Shown here: positions 26,200-37,723 of the stretch, in pieces | How positions within the stretch are numbered: the stretch's first letter is position 1 | Layout of the letters: the number at the start of each line of letters is the position of its first letter | From: Blasia pusilla | Taxonomy: Eukaryota | Direction: 5' to 3' | NCBI GenBank assembly: GCA_050084515.1 | Contig: CM114271.1 | Span: 19,096,001 to 19,160,000 of the forward strand | Length of the DNA stretch: 64,000 bases | The notes under the pieces: generated by a model | Seen by the model: the letters and a program-made list of their open reading frames with translations, nothing else | Database searches by the model: none | What the model was told of the DNA's origin: nothing | Translations under genes and position numbers: made by a program

Positions 26200-27983
26200 A
26201 CCTTCAAAGAAAAAAAAGCATATTAACCCATCCCCAACATGTGGAACATCGACCAGGGGACCTCGTCCTTGATAAGACTCAATTGGCATCATCTTTACTA
26301 TCAGGGGTTTCACACAGACTTTGATCATGCCGAGCGAGAGTTGAGATTACTAGCGGGTGGTGGTTCCATAAAGTTGAGCATGGAGGATAAAACCTCCTTG
26401 GAAACCATTAGAGAAATGAGTGCGGAAATTAGATCTTTGGATTTTAGCACCTGGGGAAGTTTGAAGTGAAAATCATTTTGATTTATATCTTAATCGGAAC
26501 ATCAGTTCCCATTCACTCCCTTGTGACTACCTTTTATCAATTATTATATGAAGTTTAAGGGTTTTGCCCTTGCATCCCTTCTGCATACGAGAGGTGCAGT
26601 AGTTAATGTAATGTTACCAGTCGGAGAGTTGAGGACTTCTACTTTCATGTTGTGTTTCATTTTCTCCTACAACCTTGCATCCCCTTTGTATTTTTGTATC
26701 CTTTGATTCTGATCGAAAGAAATGTCTGATGCAGACGCGGCCCAAATATGGTAAAATCATGCTTCTTTTTTAACCGCACAAGGTATTGGTTTTCTTCCCT
26801 ACTTATCAAAACACTAGCAACTTGAAAGTTACTAGCATCAGACGAGGATATGGAGGATTTCTCCACGCAGCTAGTGATTACTTTGCTTTGGGCCTGTGAA
26901 CATGTAAGAATGAAGATAATCTGACCAGAATGGATGTTGCAATTTCGAAGCACTTACAATCTTCCCCCGGTTAAGTTCACTTTGGTTCGTGCAAATAACA
27001 GTCCGTGTGGAAGTCGAGCAGCTCCATTCAAACTTTTGAACTATTTTGACGAGGCAACAAGACTTTGGTTGGATTTGGACAGCCAGCAACAGATTTTGTT
27101 TTTTGACATGGTTGGAAACAAGAACCACCACGATAGTATATAACATTTTATGAAGGTTCCAAAATGGAAGTCATCATCGTCCAAAGATAGTTTTCTCATG
27201 ACAGTGTTGACACACTCTATGGAACTACTGCAACTTAGCATATCCAACGGCCACTTCTAGACTCCGTGGGAGTTCATCCAACAATGCGATTTACCCTCTA
27301 ACTCGAGGAAGGTAATGTGAATTTCTACCCACTATGAACGAGTCTTAACCAATCTTACACCTTTAAATTTGGGATTGATCCTAATATTGAAATATTTCGC
27401 ACAGCGTGGTGAGTATCGACTTTACTATGAACCAAAGGAGCCTACTTTTGAGCCGCAGAAGTCATCTTTGGCCACATGGATCAGATATCTGTGGAAGCTG
27501 CGAGTCCAACATGCAATATTAATGCCTTCCTTACTACCAGATGGTGTTTGGAGTATCCGAGGGAGAAACATCTCCCGGCTGGAGTTCTTGACAACATCGT
27601 GAAGTTGGGGACTCGCTTGTACGTGAAGTGGGAGAATCAGTCTAGTTTCAAGGCCGTCATTGATAAAAGCGGCTTCTTAGACCTAGAGTTTGTAGTAGGG
27701 TGGAGTCAGAAGGGTGGATTGTCATTCGATGTCTATATCCACACCAAAATGAGCTTTGTGGGGTATGTCTCCCTCCCTTATTTATATGACGTTTTCCCTT
27801 ATGGTGCCATGCTAGATGAGAGCATGCACACTGTGTGGAATGAAATGGTGCACTACGAGAGAACCGACAAGGTGTTTATCGTCACCTTGTAAGAGCATCA
27901 CTTTGTGCTAAGGGTTGTAGCCAAGTTGATCACCATTGTAGATATCCTAACTTCCCGCCTTGATCGGGAATGTAAGAAGGCGT
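26200..27983 (+). pseudogene. Decayed ORF fragments, interrupted by the solo LTR and resuming at ~33958-34424
   Basis: ORFs 26239-26469, 26934-27143, 27476-27892 and 34182-34424 are all on the + strand and flank the LTR insertion. Confidence 0.4.
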
Positions 27984-28869
27984 TGTTGTATAGAAAAATC
28001 ATCCATTTTGTAAACTCCTCTATCATTAAGTGTTAGAGAGAGTTTTATTAGTATTAATTAAATGAGCTTAGGAAAATGAATATTCCATGTTTTAACCTCT
28101 TTAAGATGGCTCATTTGTGCGGGCTGAACTTAGGAAAGAAGTAATAAATAAAAGATGGGATTATAAAAGTAAAGTAGTGGGGTTAGTGCTTTAATGAAAG
28201 AAAAGCAAAAGTAGTCTTGGTTGGTGGTTAGAGTAATTGTAGTAGTTTAGAAGATATGAAGTGAGTAAAAGAGGATATTTTGGAAAAGATAAGAACTAAT
28301 CTCTTTGTGCCAAAATGTGATTGGCTAAGCCTTGAGAAGAAGTCATGTGGCACAAGATAAGATTAGACATATTTTCTACTCTTGTGGATCCCTTGTGAGT
28401 ATATAAAGAGAAGGGACCTTCACGCCAATCCATGGATTCCATGGAATCCTTATATAGCAATCCATGGACGTCAATAGGCCTGTTGTAACTCTCCAGCTCA
28501 CGGGACCACTCTAGAGTTGCTCAAAGGTAGAATGCCCTCAAGGCCTCTCCTCTTCCTTTATATACTTAGAGATAGGTACAATGAAGAAAAATTAGCTCTA
28601 CCTATCCTTATGCCATATGTCCTACTGTCATAGCATGAGAGGATCTCCTTTGGAGTGTAATGTCCCAACCTCATCTTTCTCAACCTCATCCTTATTTTCC
28701 TTTTTACCAACCTATGGCCCAACTCTTATCTTTATGTCATGTATCTTGTCGTTTCTCTTTTTGGTTGATTCTTTCCCACTTATGCGCTTCATGTCATAGA
28801 TTCTAACTTAACTATGACTAACAAAAGATGGTTACAAACCTCCCCCCATTTAAGACACAACGTCCTCGT

Positions 28870-30630
28870 TGTGAGAACTTTCAAACTCTTGCACTATTAG
28901 TGGTGCGTTCACCAAGTTGGCTGAGGGTTCCCATCTGGCCTCAAAATAGTGGATATCCTTTCCATTAGACCAAATATTCAACTCGTTGGTGATAAGCTCT
29001 CAAGTGCGTTTCTTCAAGATACATTCCACTTCAAATTCTTCATGATCTCCAACTATTTGAGATAGTGGTGGAGTGACAATATTGTCCTTAAATCTCTTAG
29101 GGCGTGGAATAAACGTTCGAAGAAGAGAGACATGAAACACATGATGGATTTTCATATGTATTGGTAGATCTAGCTTATACGCCACAACGCCCACTTTTTG
29201 TAGGATAATGAAAGGCCCAATATAGCAAGGATTAAGCTTACGAACTCCTACTAATGATAAATTGGTTGTTGTTAACCAAACCTTGTCCCCTTTAAAAAAC
29301 TTGACATCTCGACAATGAGCATCTACATGTTGTTTTTGTTGATTTTGGGCAATAGCCAACTTCTCCTTAGCAAGTTGAACCCCTTTTTGAATCTGGTCCA
29401 CAAACTCATTAACTGCAACTACCTTTGTAGGTTCCCTCAGACTTTTCCCTATTCGAGTGAGACTAGAAGGAATTGAGGGATGCTCGTCATGCATTAAAAA
29501 GAACGTTGTGATCTTAGTGGAAGAGTTCATAGAATTATTTTATGAGAACTCTACTAAGGGTGTCAATGAGTCCCATCCTTGTTGATCCTCCAATGTTAAG
29601 GCGCGTGGCATATCCTCAATGGTATGGTTGGCCCTTTTAGTTTGTCCATCAGTTTGAGGGTGATAAACCGTAGACATGGCTAGTTTAGTTTGGAGCAATC
29701 CGAATAAAGCCTTCCAAAATAAACTCGTGAAATGGATTTCGCTATCAATGATAAGCACTTTATGAAGACCATGATGGACAAAGACTGTCTCGATGTAGAT
29801 CCTAGCCAATTCTGGTGCAGTCACAATCTTCTTGGTTGGATGAAGGTGTATCATCTTGCTTAGTCTATCCATAAAGACCACAATAGAATCATATCCCGTG
29901 ATCGTACATGGTAGCTCACAAACAAGATCCATAATGACTTGTTCCCAACGTTTTTGAGGTATTGGGATCGGCTGCAACAATCCTGCTGGTTTTGTGTTAC
30001 TAGCCTTGATTTGTTGACAAATCCTACAACTCCTTACATATACGTCAACATCTTCTCTCATTTTGGGCCAATAGTATGCCCATTGTAATCCCTCTAAGGC
30101 TTTTTCAGCTCCCATATGACCCGCAATGACTGTGTCGTGAGCTTCAGACAATACTTCAGTGTGTAATTGTGGATCTTGTGGGATCCATATTTTACCTTTA
30201 TGGAAAACCAATCCTTGAGCCTTGTATACTCTATTGGCATGAATAGCAACTGCAATTTCTTCATCCTCCTTTGTGGCTTTTGGATAACTTTTTCCACCAA
30301 CTAGAGTGAACCTCCACTTCAGATATGTTATTCATCTGTCAAGACGTTTGCCAATTGCTTATTTTCTTCCACTTAGAAAATTTTCATCATGAATTGTTGT
30401 CGCCATTCTGCCCATCGAATTTGACGTTTGGAGAGCTCCTTTTTGGGACTCTAAGTAGACCAAGGGCTTGTGATCAATCTCCACCACAAACTCCTTATCG
30501 CTCAAGTAATGTTTCCAATGCTTGGTTGCCAACACAATAGCAAGTTCTTATCGCTCAATTGTATGGTAGTTTTGCGTAATGATTGAAAAGAAATCTCTTG
30601 TGATGTGCCCCAATTCCATTTTTGTCCTTT
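28870..30630 (-). pseudogene. RNase H C-terminus, integrase and chromodomain of the chromovirus
   Basis: HDTVIAGHMG..SCRICQ zinc finger, MDLV..YHPQTDGQT core, IGPF motif, and EEFEVECIL..EYLV.WKGY chromodomain. Confidence 0.9.
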
Positions 30631-30632
30631 CT

Positions 30633-30926
30633 TGTGATACCCACAATTTTGTACTCTTGAAGAATATATCTTTTTATTCAACGAAGACTCTTGTATATTA
30701 TGATTTTGATTATGATTATTTATTATTATGAAGAAGAATGAGTGAATCACGAAGCTCTTGGGACAAGGCAGAGAGATGGAAGATCAAGGATTTGCCTTAG
30801 AGGAGAGGAAAACACAATAACAAAGCTTAACGAAGCTCAACGAAGATGTACGAAGCTCTGTCTTTGAAGTGCTTCGCTACATAACGAAGCATCACGAAGA
30901 AAAGAAGAAAGAAGTACTTCGCTCTT
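30633..30926 (+). repeat. Diverged terminal fragment of the inverted-repeat family of 204-10408
   Basis: TGTGATACCCACAATTTTGTACT...GAGTGAATCACGAAGCTC..GGACAAGGCAGAGAGAT..GAAGTACTTCGCTCTT aligns with 204-526. Confidence 0.88.
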
Positions 30927-30929
30927 CCT

Positions 30930-32530
30930 TCAACTCGTCTCGTACCTCTGAATATTTTTTCAAACCACAAACATCTATTATTAAACCTAGGAAACATACA
31001 TCTTGATGTTTGATGGCGGTTTTTCCTATTATATATAGGAGTAGGGTTTTAAGACGTGATCTGATTCTATCTTTGTTAAGCTTCCATTGTCGGGTCTTCA
31101 TAATCTTTTTTCTCCAATTTACCTCTGGATTATATTGTTCCATCCAAGGCATTCCCAAGATAATATCATAACGTGCTAACCTAATGACCTTCATCTCCAA
31201 CTCTTCTAGATACTTTCCTATCCTCAACTCTACCCTTCGAGGAAGCTTCTCAATCTTTTCTGTTTGCCCGTCTGGTAATTTTACCTCTTCTTTTTGATCC
31301 CTCTCTAAAGCTAAGCCCAATTTCATGGTTATGGCTCTTGAAAGGAAGTTTTCTATTGCCCCAGGATCAATCAACACTCTAACTTGGGATCCTTTTACTT
31401 CCCCATCTATAACAATGAGACGTGTTTCTCCTCTCTTCAAACCATTTACCTCCATATGTTTGTGTCGACCCTCGACTTTCCTCCTTTTGTTAGAACCAGT
31501 ATATCCACGAGGCGCGATTATTGGTGGTTGGCGTTTCCCCGAGGTCCGCCTTCTTCGTCATCTTCCTGCATATGTTCTCCTTCAAGATGATTAAGGGGGC
31601 GACGATATGGCCTGTTTCCAAGCCTACAAAGATAAAAATTCATGGCTATATGACCATATCTACCACACTCAAAACATTGGCGTGTATCTCTTCAGACTTT
31701 GAATTCTCTCTCTCCTCTAGGAACCCCAACCCTATCGGTTTGAGGAGCAATCCCTTGTATGTTGGGGTCCGATCTCTCTCCATTGGCACCCTTCCATTAT
31801 ACCTTCCCGGCGCATAACTATCTCGTGCTCGAAGATTACCCAACTCCATGGGTGTGGGTCCGTAGTGGTTGTTCATGGAAGCAACCACCTCTCTTCCTCC
31901 TCCTTCGTACACATTTGCCATACGTTGGACACATACGATTGCTTCATTGATATCTTTTGGGTTGACTCGAATCACCTCTTTACATACCTTCCTCTTCAAA
32001 CCTCTCTTAAATAGATAGAGAGCTTCTGGCCCACTCATGTTGCGGATTTGTATCTGCAAGTCACGAAACTCTTTGATATAGTCCTCCATAGTGCCTTTTT
32101 GCTCCAATCACTATAATTTCATTCTAGCAGTGAGGATTGGATCCACAACTTGGAAATTTTGCAACTGCCCTTGCTTCAGTCCGCTCCATGTAATTTGTTG
32201 AATTGTTTCAATCAAGGATCTCTCGCGTCCTTGGTACCATTTCAATGCTTGATCGATTAACCAAGATCTTACAAACATTCCTGAAATATGATTATCAATG
32301 TTGAAAAGGGATAAATGGATTTCCATCCGAGTCATCCAACCCTCTAATCAAATGCAACTCTCAACTTCTTTTGTACGGTTCTACTTTGGATGCCTTTGTC
32401 ATTTTCAATATCAATGATGCTTGAGCATTTATCTCCATCTCTCTTTGTGTTGCTTGGGCCTCCAATGCTCGTGCCCTTAAGGTTTCGTCACTCTCCCCAG
32501 AAGTCACGACACTCGTGGTTTCTGTCTCCA
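30930..32530 (-). pseudogene. gag and protease of the chromovirus
   Basis: EQKGTMEDYIKEF..FKRGL and GPTPMELG (gag); VLIDPGAIENF..YDIILGMPW (protease). Confidence 0.88.
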
Positions 32531-32725
32531 TCCCACTTATCGTAAGAACTCTCTCTCTCTCTCTCTACTCTCATGTTTTTGACCGAAGCAACTACTTGCA
32601 CTAATTCCTGGACTTGGTTTTAACTTTGATCAAATGCAACTCTCAACTCTCTCAATTCACGAATCATATCCCTCAAAGTTTCTTCCATGATCGCTCCGAC
32701 TTTCCCCTGACCCTTTACTATCACT

Positions 32726-33158
32726 CTAATATAAGATCAAGATATACACCTGCCAATTTTGCACAATAGGGACTACAAAAGGCAATGTTGACGCAATGAC
32801 TTCATCATAATACTCTTGGCCAAACTTCCTCACCATAAACTCTCTATATGCTATCTTAGGTTCACAAACCACATGGACTATACATGGAGTGTTTAAAAAT
32901 ACTTGTGGGGGCTTATCCAAATCCATTCCCCATATCTCCTCTAAAACAATATATAAATAGTGCAATCCCACACACGATCATATGTAACAATAGGGAGGAT
33001 CATCGGATAGCGAGACTCCATCACTTCGTCATGAAAACTTCACCAAAGTGATGTACGAGATATCTCGTGAATCAGTGTCTATCTACATATAAAAGTTTGA
33101 TGGTGAACGGATTAAGAAACGGAAAATTAGGAGCCACTCTCGCTCCCCCTCCATCCAT
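32726..33158 (-). pseudogene. Tandem small ORFs A (33158-32941, disrupted) and B (32926-32726, 66 aa) in the chromovirus leader
   Basis: Collinear protein similarity to 55804-56022 and 56029-56229, with matching lengths and stop positions. Confidence 0.75.
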
Positions 33159-34909
33159 TACCTGCAAAATAGCCCTTCCCTCTTACTTTACTTGCAGCTC
33201 TATAGCCACTGCCAGCTTGTAACAACCTATCTACTCTAAACAATATATCATTACTTGGTCATCCTTCCAAGAGGGATAATCCACTCTCGTTGGAAGAGCA
33301 ACCTTGATGTGATACCATTGTAACTCTCCAACTCACGGAACCACCCTAGAGTTTCTCAAAGGTAAAATGCCCTCAAGGCCTCTCCTCTTCCTTTATATAC
33401 TTAGAGATAGGTACAATGAAGACAAATTAGCTCTACCTATCCTTATGCCACATGTCCAACTCTCATGGCATGAAAGGATCTCCTTTGGAGTCTAATGTCC
33501 CAACCTCATCTTCCTCAACCTCATCCTTATTTTCCTTTTTACCAACCTATGACCCCACTCTCATCTTTATCTCATGTAACTTGTCTTTTCTCTTTTTGGT
33601 TGATTCTTTCCCACTTATGCGCTTCATGTCATAGATTCTAACTTAACTATGACTAACAAAATATGGTTACACCTGCTTGAGTAGAGTTTAACACTAGTTA
33701 TGCTATTTTCCTTGTGTACAAATGTAAAGCTGTTTAGAAGGGCTTCATAGTTAGGAATTTCGGGGTTCCATGTTATGAAGAAGTGATCGCCTTTGCAACA
33801 CCATTCGTGATTTCTATCATGAGAGAATGGAGGGTTTACATAATAATTCTATACTTAAAAAAGAAAACCTCTTACAGAGTTTGACTTGCATCAACCACGT
33901 CTGTTGCAGCTAGAAGGTCCGCCCTTACTCAAAGAAAGACTCTCGACACGAGAGCGTACCAAATCTTCTTTGACTCCAAGGCGTGAGTTGTGGTGGATAA
34001 CGTATTCCACTTTTCCATCAAAGGGAATGATCTCCAACAACCACCGGAATAGTGCTTGTTGGTGATGGGGCAAGAAGTTGCATGTTTTTTCCTTGACGAG
34101 TACGGCCTGCACGAATTGAAGCATCACTTTTTTGGTTACAGCATCGCTATAGCTAAGGACTAGGATATAGACCTTTGCAGTTTGGACGAGGAGTATGAGA
34201 AGAAGAATTTTGATAAGTTCCAAGCTATCTACGAGACCCTAAAGCAAGATCTCCACATTGATTTCACAAGGATTGTTTTGACTCCAAGGGAGGGAAGGTT
34301 TAGTTGGAGTAACTTCGCCAAAGGACTCAATACGTATATCCATGAGGTTCAAAAGGAGATTACCGACCTTGCCACGGATGAGACACTCTTGCAATTGAGT
34401 AGGAAGATACCTCACCGAGGGTAATAGGTAGCTGAAATGATAGTGTATTTTGATGCCATTGGGTACATTTGTAAATAGAACGTGAAATGTAGCATATTGA
34501 AGCAGATGGATTAAGGAAGTATGTTGCCCAAGTTTGAGCCGGTTGATGTCACAGATTTAGCAACGCATAAGACTCTCCTCTGATTGGAAATATCTTGCCT
34601 ACACTTATAAATTCTCTGGTACTAGATATTTATAGTCATGTACAGCGAGAATTATAACATATTGTAGAGAATGGAAGCTAAGATTGCAAGAATTGTAACA
34701 TATTGCAGAAAGTGGAAGCTAAAGATTCTGAATCCATGTGATTTTCGGGGATTTTTTTAGCATCCCGAATTGGAACTTGAGTTCCAAATCTTATATATTC
34801 AAAGAGCACATTTACCGTCATCTAATGATCGTACGATGGACTTTCTTATGTGATATGTGTGTACAATTTCTTCTTGTAGAGCTTGCATCCTCAACGTTGC
34901 CATCCTCTA

Positions 34910-36570
34910 ATCGATTGGAAATGTAGTTCCAATCAGCCTGCTCCTAAGATCCCAACGTCGGAAAAAATATAGAATTGGAACTTTGGTTCTAATTGTGTCC
35001 CAAATTTCCGCGCCTGCTGAATGTCATTTGGAGCCATACTTGGACTAAGACCGATTGGATCCTAAGATCCAACTCCGACCATAGAAGGCGTCTATAAAAG
35101 GGAATTCCCCATCCTCCATTGGAACTATAGTTCTGAATGGCATCCTCCTAATATTCCTACGTATGAGACAAATATAGAATCGAAACCTAATTGTGTCCCA
35201 AACTGCCACGCCCTCCGAAGGTCATTTGGAGCCATGCTTGGACTAAGTCCAAATGGATCCTTAGATCAATTCCAGCCGCAGAAGGCAACCCGTAAAGGGA
35301 AATGCCCATCCTTGATTGGAACTGTAGTTCCGGATGGACTGCTCCTAACATTCCTATGTCTGAGACAAATATAGAATTGGAACCTAAGTTTTGAATTATG
35401 TCCCAAAATGCCGCGCCCATTGAACGTCATTTGGAGCAAAACTTAGTGTGAGTCCAATTGGATCCTAAAATCCAATTCCGGCTGTAGAAGGTGTCCAGTA
35501 AAGGGAAATCCCCATCCTCCATTGGAACTGTAGTTCTGAATGGCGTGCTCCTAAGATCCCTATCTATTAAGAAAATATAGAATCGAAACCTAAGTTTTGA
35601 ATTGTGTCTCAAAAAGCCGCGCCCGATCAACGTTATCTCGAGCCATACTTGGTCTAAGTCCAATTGGATCCGATGATCTAATTTTGGTTGCAGAAGGCGT
35701 CCAGTAAAGGGAAATCCCCATCCTCCATTGGAACTATAGCTCCGAATGGCCTGCTCCTAAGATTCCTATGTGTTCAGCAAATATAGAATCGGCACCTAAG
35801 TTATGAATTGTGTCTCAAAGTGCCCCGCCTGGTGAACGTTATCTCGAGCCATATTTGGTCTAAGTCCAATTAGATCCTAAGATCCAATTCTAGCCGCAGA
35901 AGGCGTCCGATAAAGGGAAATCTCCATCCACGATTGGACATGTAGTTCCGAATGGCCTCCTACTAAGATCCCTATGTGTTCAAAAATGTAGAATCAGAAC
36001 CTAATCTGTGAATTTTGTCCCAAACTTCCGCGCCCGCTGAACATCATCTCGAGCCATATTTGGTCCAAGTCCAATTGGATCCTAAGATCCAATTTTGGCC
36101 GAAAAAAAGGCGTCCGGTAAAGAGAAATCCCCATCCTTGATTGGAACTATAGTTCCGAATGCCCTGCTCCTAAGATCCCTATGTGTTCAGCAAATAGAGA
36201 ATCGGAACCTAAGCTCTCAATTGTGTCTGAAAGTGCCACGCCCTTTGAAAGTCATTTGGATCCATACTTTGTCTCAATCAAATTGGATCCTTAGATCCAA
36301 TTCTGGCCGTAGAGGGCGTCCAGTAAAGGGAAATCTCCATCCTTGGTTGGAACTGTAGTTCCGAACGGCCTTCTCCCAAGATCGCAATGGGTCGACAACA
36401 AATGTAGTTCCAAGCTCATTTGGAACTAGCGTTCCGAATGCTTTTGCTTGGCACTCGATGGGAGCTTTTCCGGGGCCGAACCAGCACATTCTACTATCAA
36501 CTTCATTGCTATCTCGAGCGGTAGAAACCAAATACTTTCGAGTTCATTTGGAACTAGAGTTCCAAACGCC
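34910..36570. repeat. Tandem satellite with a ~206-bp unit, about 7-8 copies
   Basis: ATTGGAACTRTAGTTCCGAATGGC recurs at ~35521, 35727, 35933, 36140 and 36346. Confidence 0.92.
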
Positions 36571-37604
36571 ATTCAATAACCTTCGAGTGGAAGTGTACTT
36601 CCAAATGCTGTGGAAATATCAGTAGGATGTATTCCAAAGTCAAAACAACTCCTTCAGCGGGCAATAGTAGATCTATCGGCAATAGGACTTTACACATTCT
36701 TGGCGGATGGGGGAATGGGGTTGGAGCGGAGGGTCCATGAGGCCAAGATTATTTGTTTCTTTATTGGAGAATGCTTTGGAATTGCGTCTTAAGCTTCGAT
36801 TGGGTTGACCAACGCACAAACCTTGGCAGAGTCCGCATTCAATCGTCCGCCACCTCCTTTACTGTGAAGTCGTGAAATAATTTAGTTTATCTTGCAAATA
36901 TTGCTCTGACTAGTCTACGACGACTGTAACCACATCACACCCTAGCCTTTGCTCTCCCGAGATGTCCAAAGAAACGAGCAAAATAAACACTGTCAACATC
37001 ATTATGAACATTTTAACTTCAAGATCCTACCATAAGGGTTGTCGATGACTAAAAGAGACTTGATTGGCTGCAAAAGAGCTTGATTTTTTATTCAGATTAA
37101 TATGGACTTAAGTCTTTATTTTACTTGTAAGCATGACTTCAAGAAAGTCAAAAACCCATAAATATTTTAATTCACGAGGAATGCCAAAATTGGTGTTGTA
37201 TCCACTAAAATTAATATTTCCAAGTCTTCCTTTTGGGAGGGTCTTTGATGTCCCCTATTCATTCCAAACCACAAGATAACACTTAACACATGATAGAAAT
37301 ATAATTCTATGTACTCATCAAATTTAATTATTTGAATAATTAAGAAGTGACTCCTTGATACTAGATGAAGAAATCAAGAGTTAATTCAAGAAATATTTTT
37401 TAAAGACAAATAAACTTGAACAATAAAAGAAACACATGATTTCAAATTGAACAAAAGGGGACTAAAAGACATGTGATCCTAGTGACTGCAATACATCTCA
37501 GTGGAATTTTCTAATAAATGCTCATAGTGTTTAACATTAGGGCTACTCAAAGTTATCATGTAGCGCTTCCAATCTATATTCTTGATTTGCAAACATCTCT
37601 TTGC

Positions 37605-37723
37605 CTGACGTGTGGCAACTGGACAACAGGAAAATATTTCCCTCTATGGGCAATAAGAAAAAGATTTTATGTGCAACATGATTAGTCTTTTCACTCCCGT
37701 GCATGACATGGACTGCCCACTAG
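37605..37723 (+). mobile_element. Helitron-type 3' end; related copies at ~51845-52006 and ~52190-52280
   Basis: Shared GAAAATATTT...AGAAAAA..ATTTATRTG..ACATGATTAGTC block, followed by a CCCRTGCAT..CAYGG hairpin and (C/T)TAG|T. The third copy keeps only CTAG|T. Confidence 0.55.

Larger units (their letters stand above)
28484..33671 (-). mobile_element. Chromovirus-type Ty3/gypsy LTR retrotransposon with RT deleted
   Basis: 353-bp direct LTRs at 28484-28836 and 33319-33671 (TGTAAC...GTTACA). TSD CCTGT/CCTGC. Degenerate tRNA-iMet PBS TGGTATCACATCAAGGT (33301-33317) and PPT (28837-28850), both on the - strand. Confidence 0.93.
27984..33953 (+). mobile_element. Solo LTR of the 55050-56316 family (internally deleted), interrupted by a nested chromovirus
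   Basis: 27984-28483 matches 55050-~55480 plus ~56010-56047. 33672-33953 matches ~56043-56316. Ends TGTTGTA...CACGAGA with flanks GCGT/GCGT (27980-27983, 33954-33957). Confidence 0.85.
16309..37723 (+). mobile_element. Possible large Helitron-like element (pairing of the two ends is inferred)
   Basis: A|TCATACTATTAA Helitron-like 5' end at 16309, followed by the 20-bp palindrome ACGTTAGCCATGGCTAACGT (16323-16342). Degenerate CCCGTGCATGACATGG hairpin plus CTAG|T at 37696-37724. Internal satellites and decayed ORFs. No Rep or helicase motifs recognised. Confidence 0.3.
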
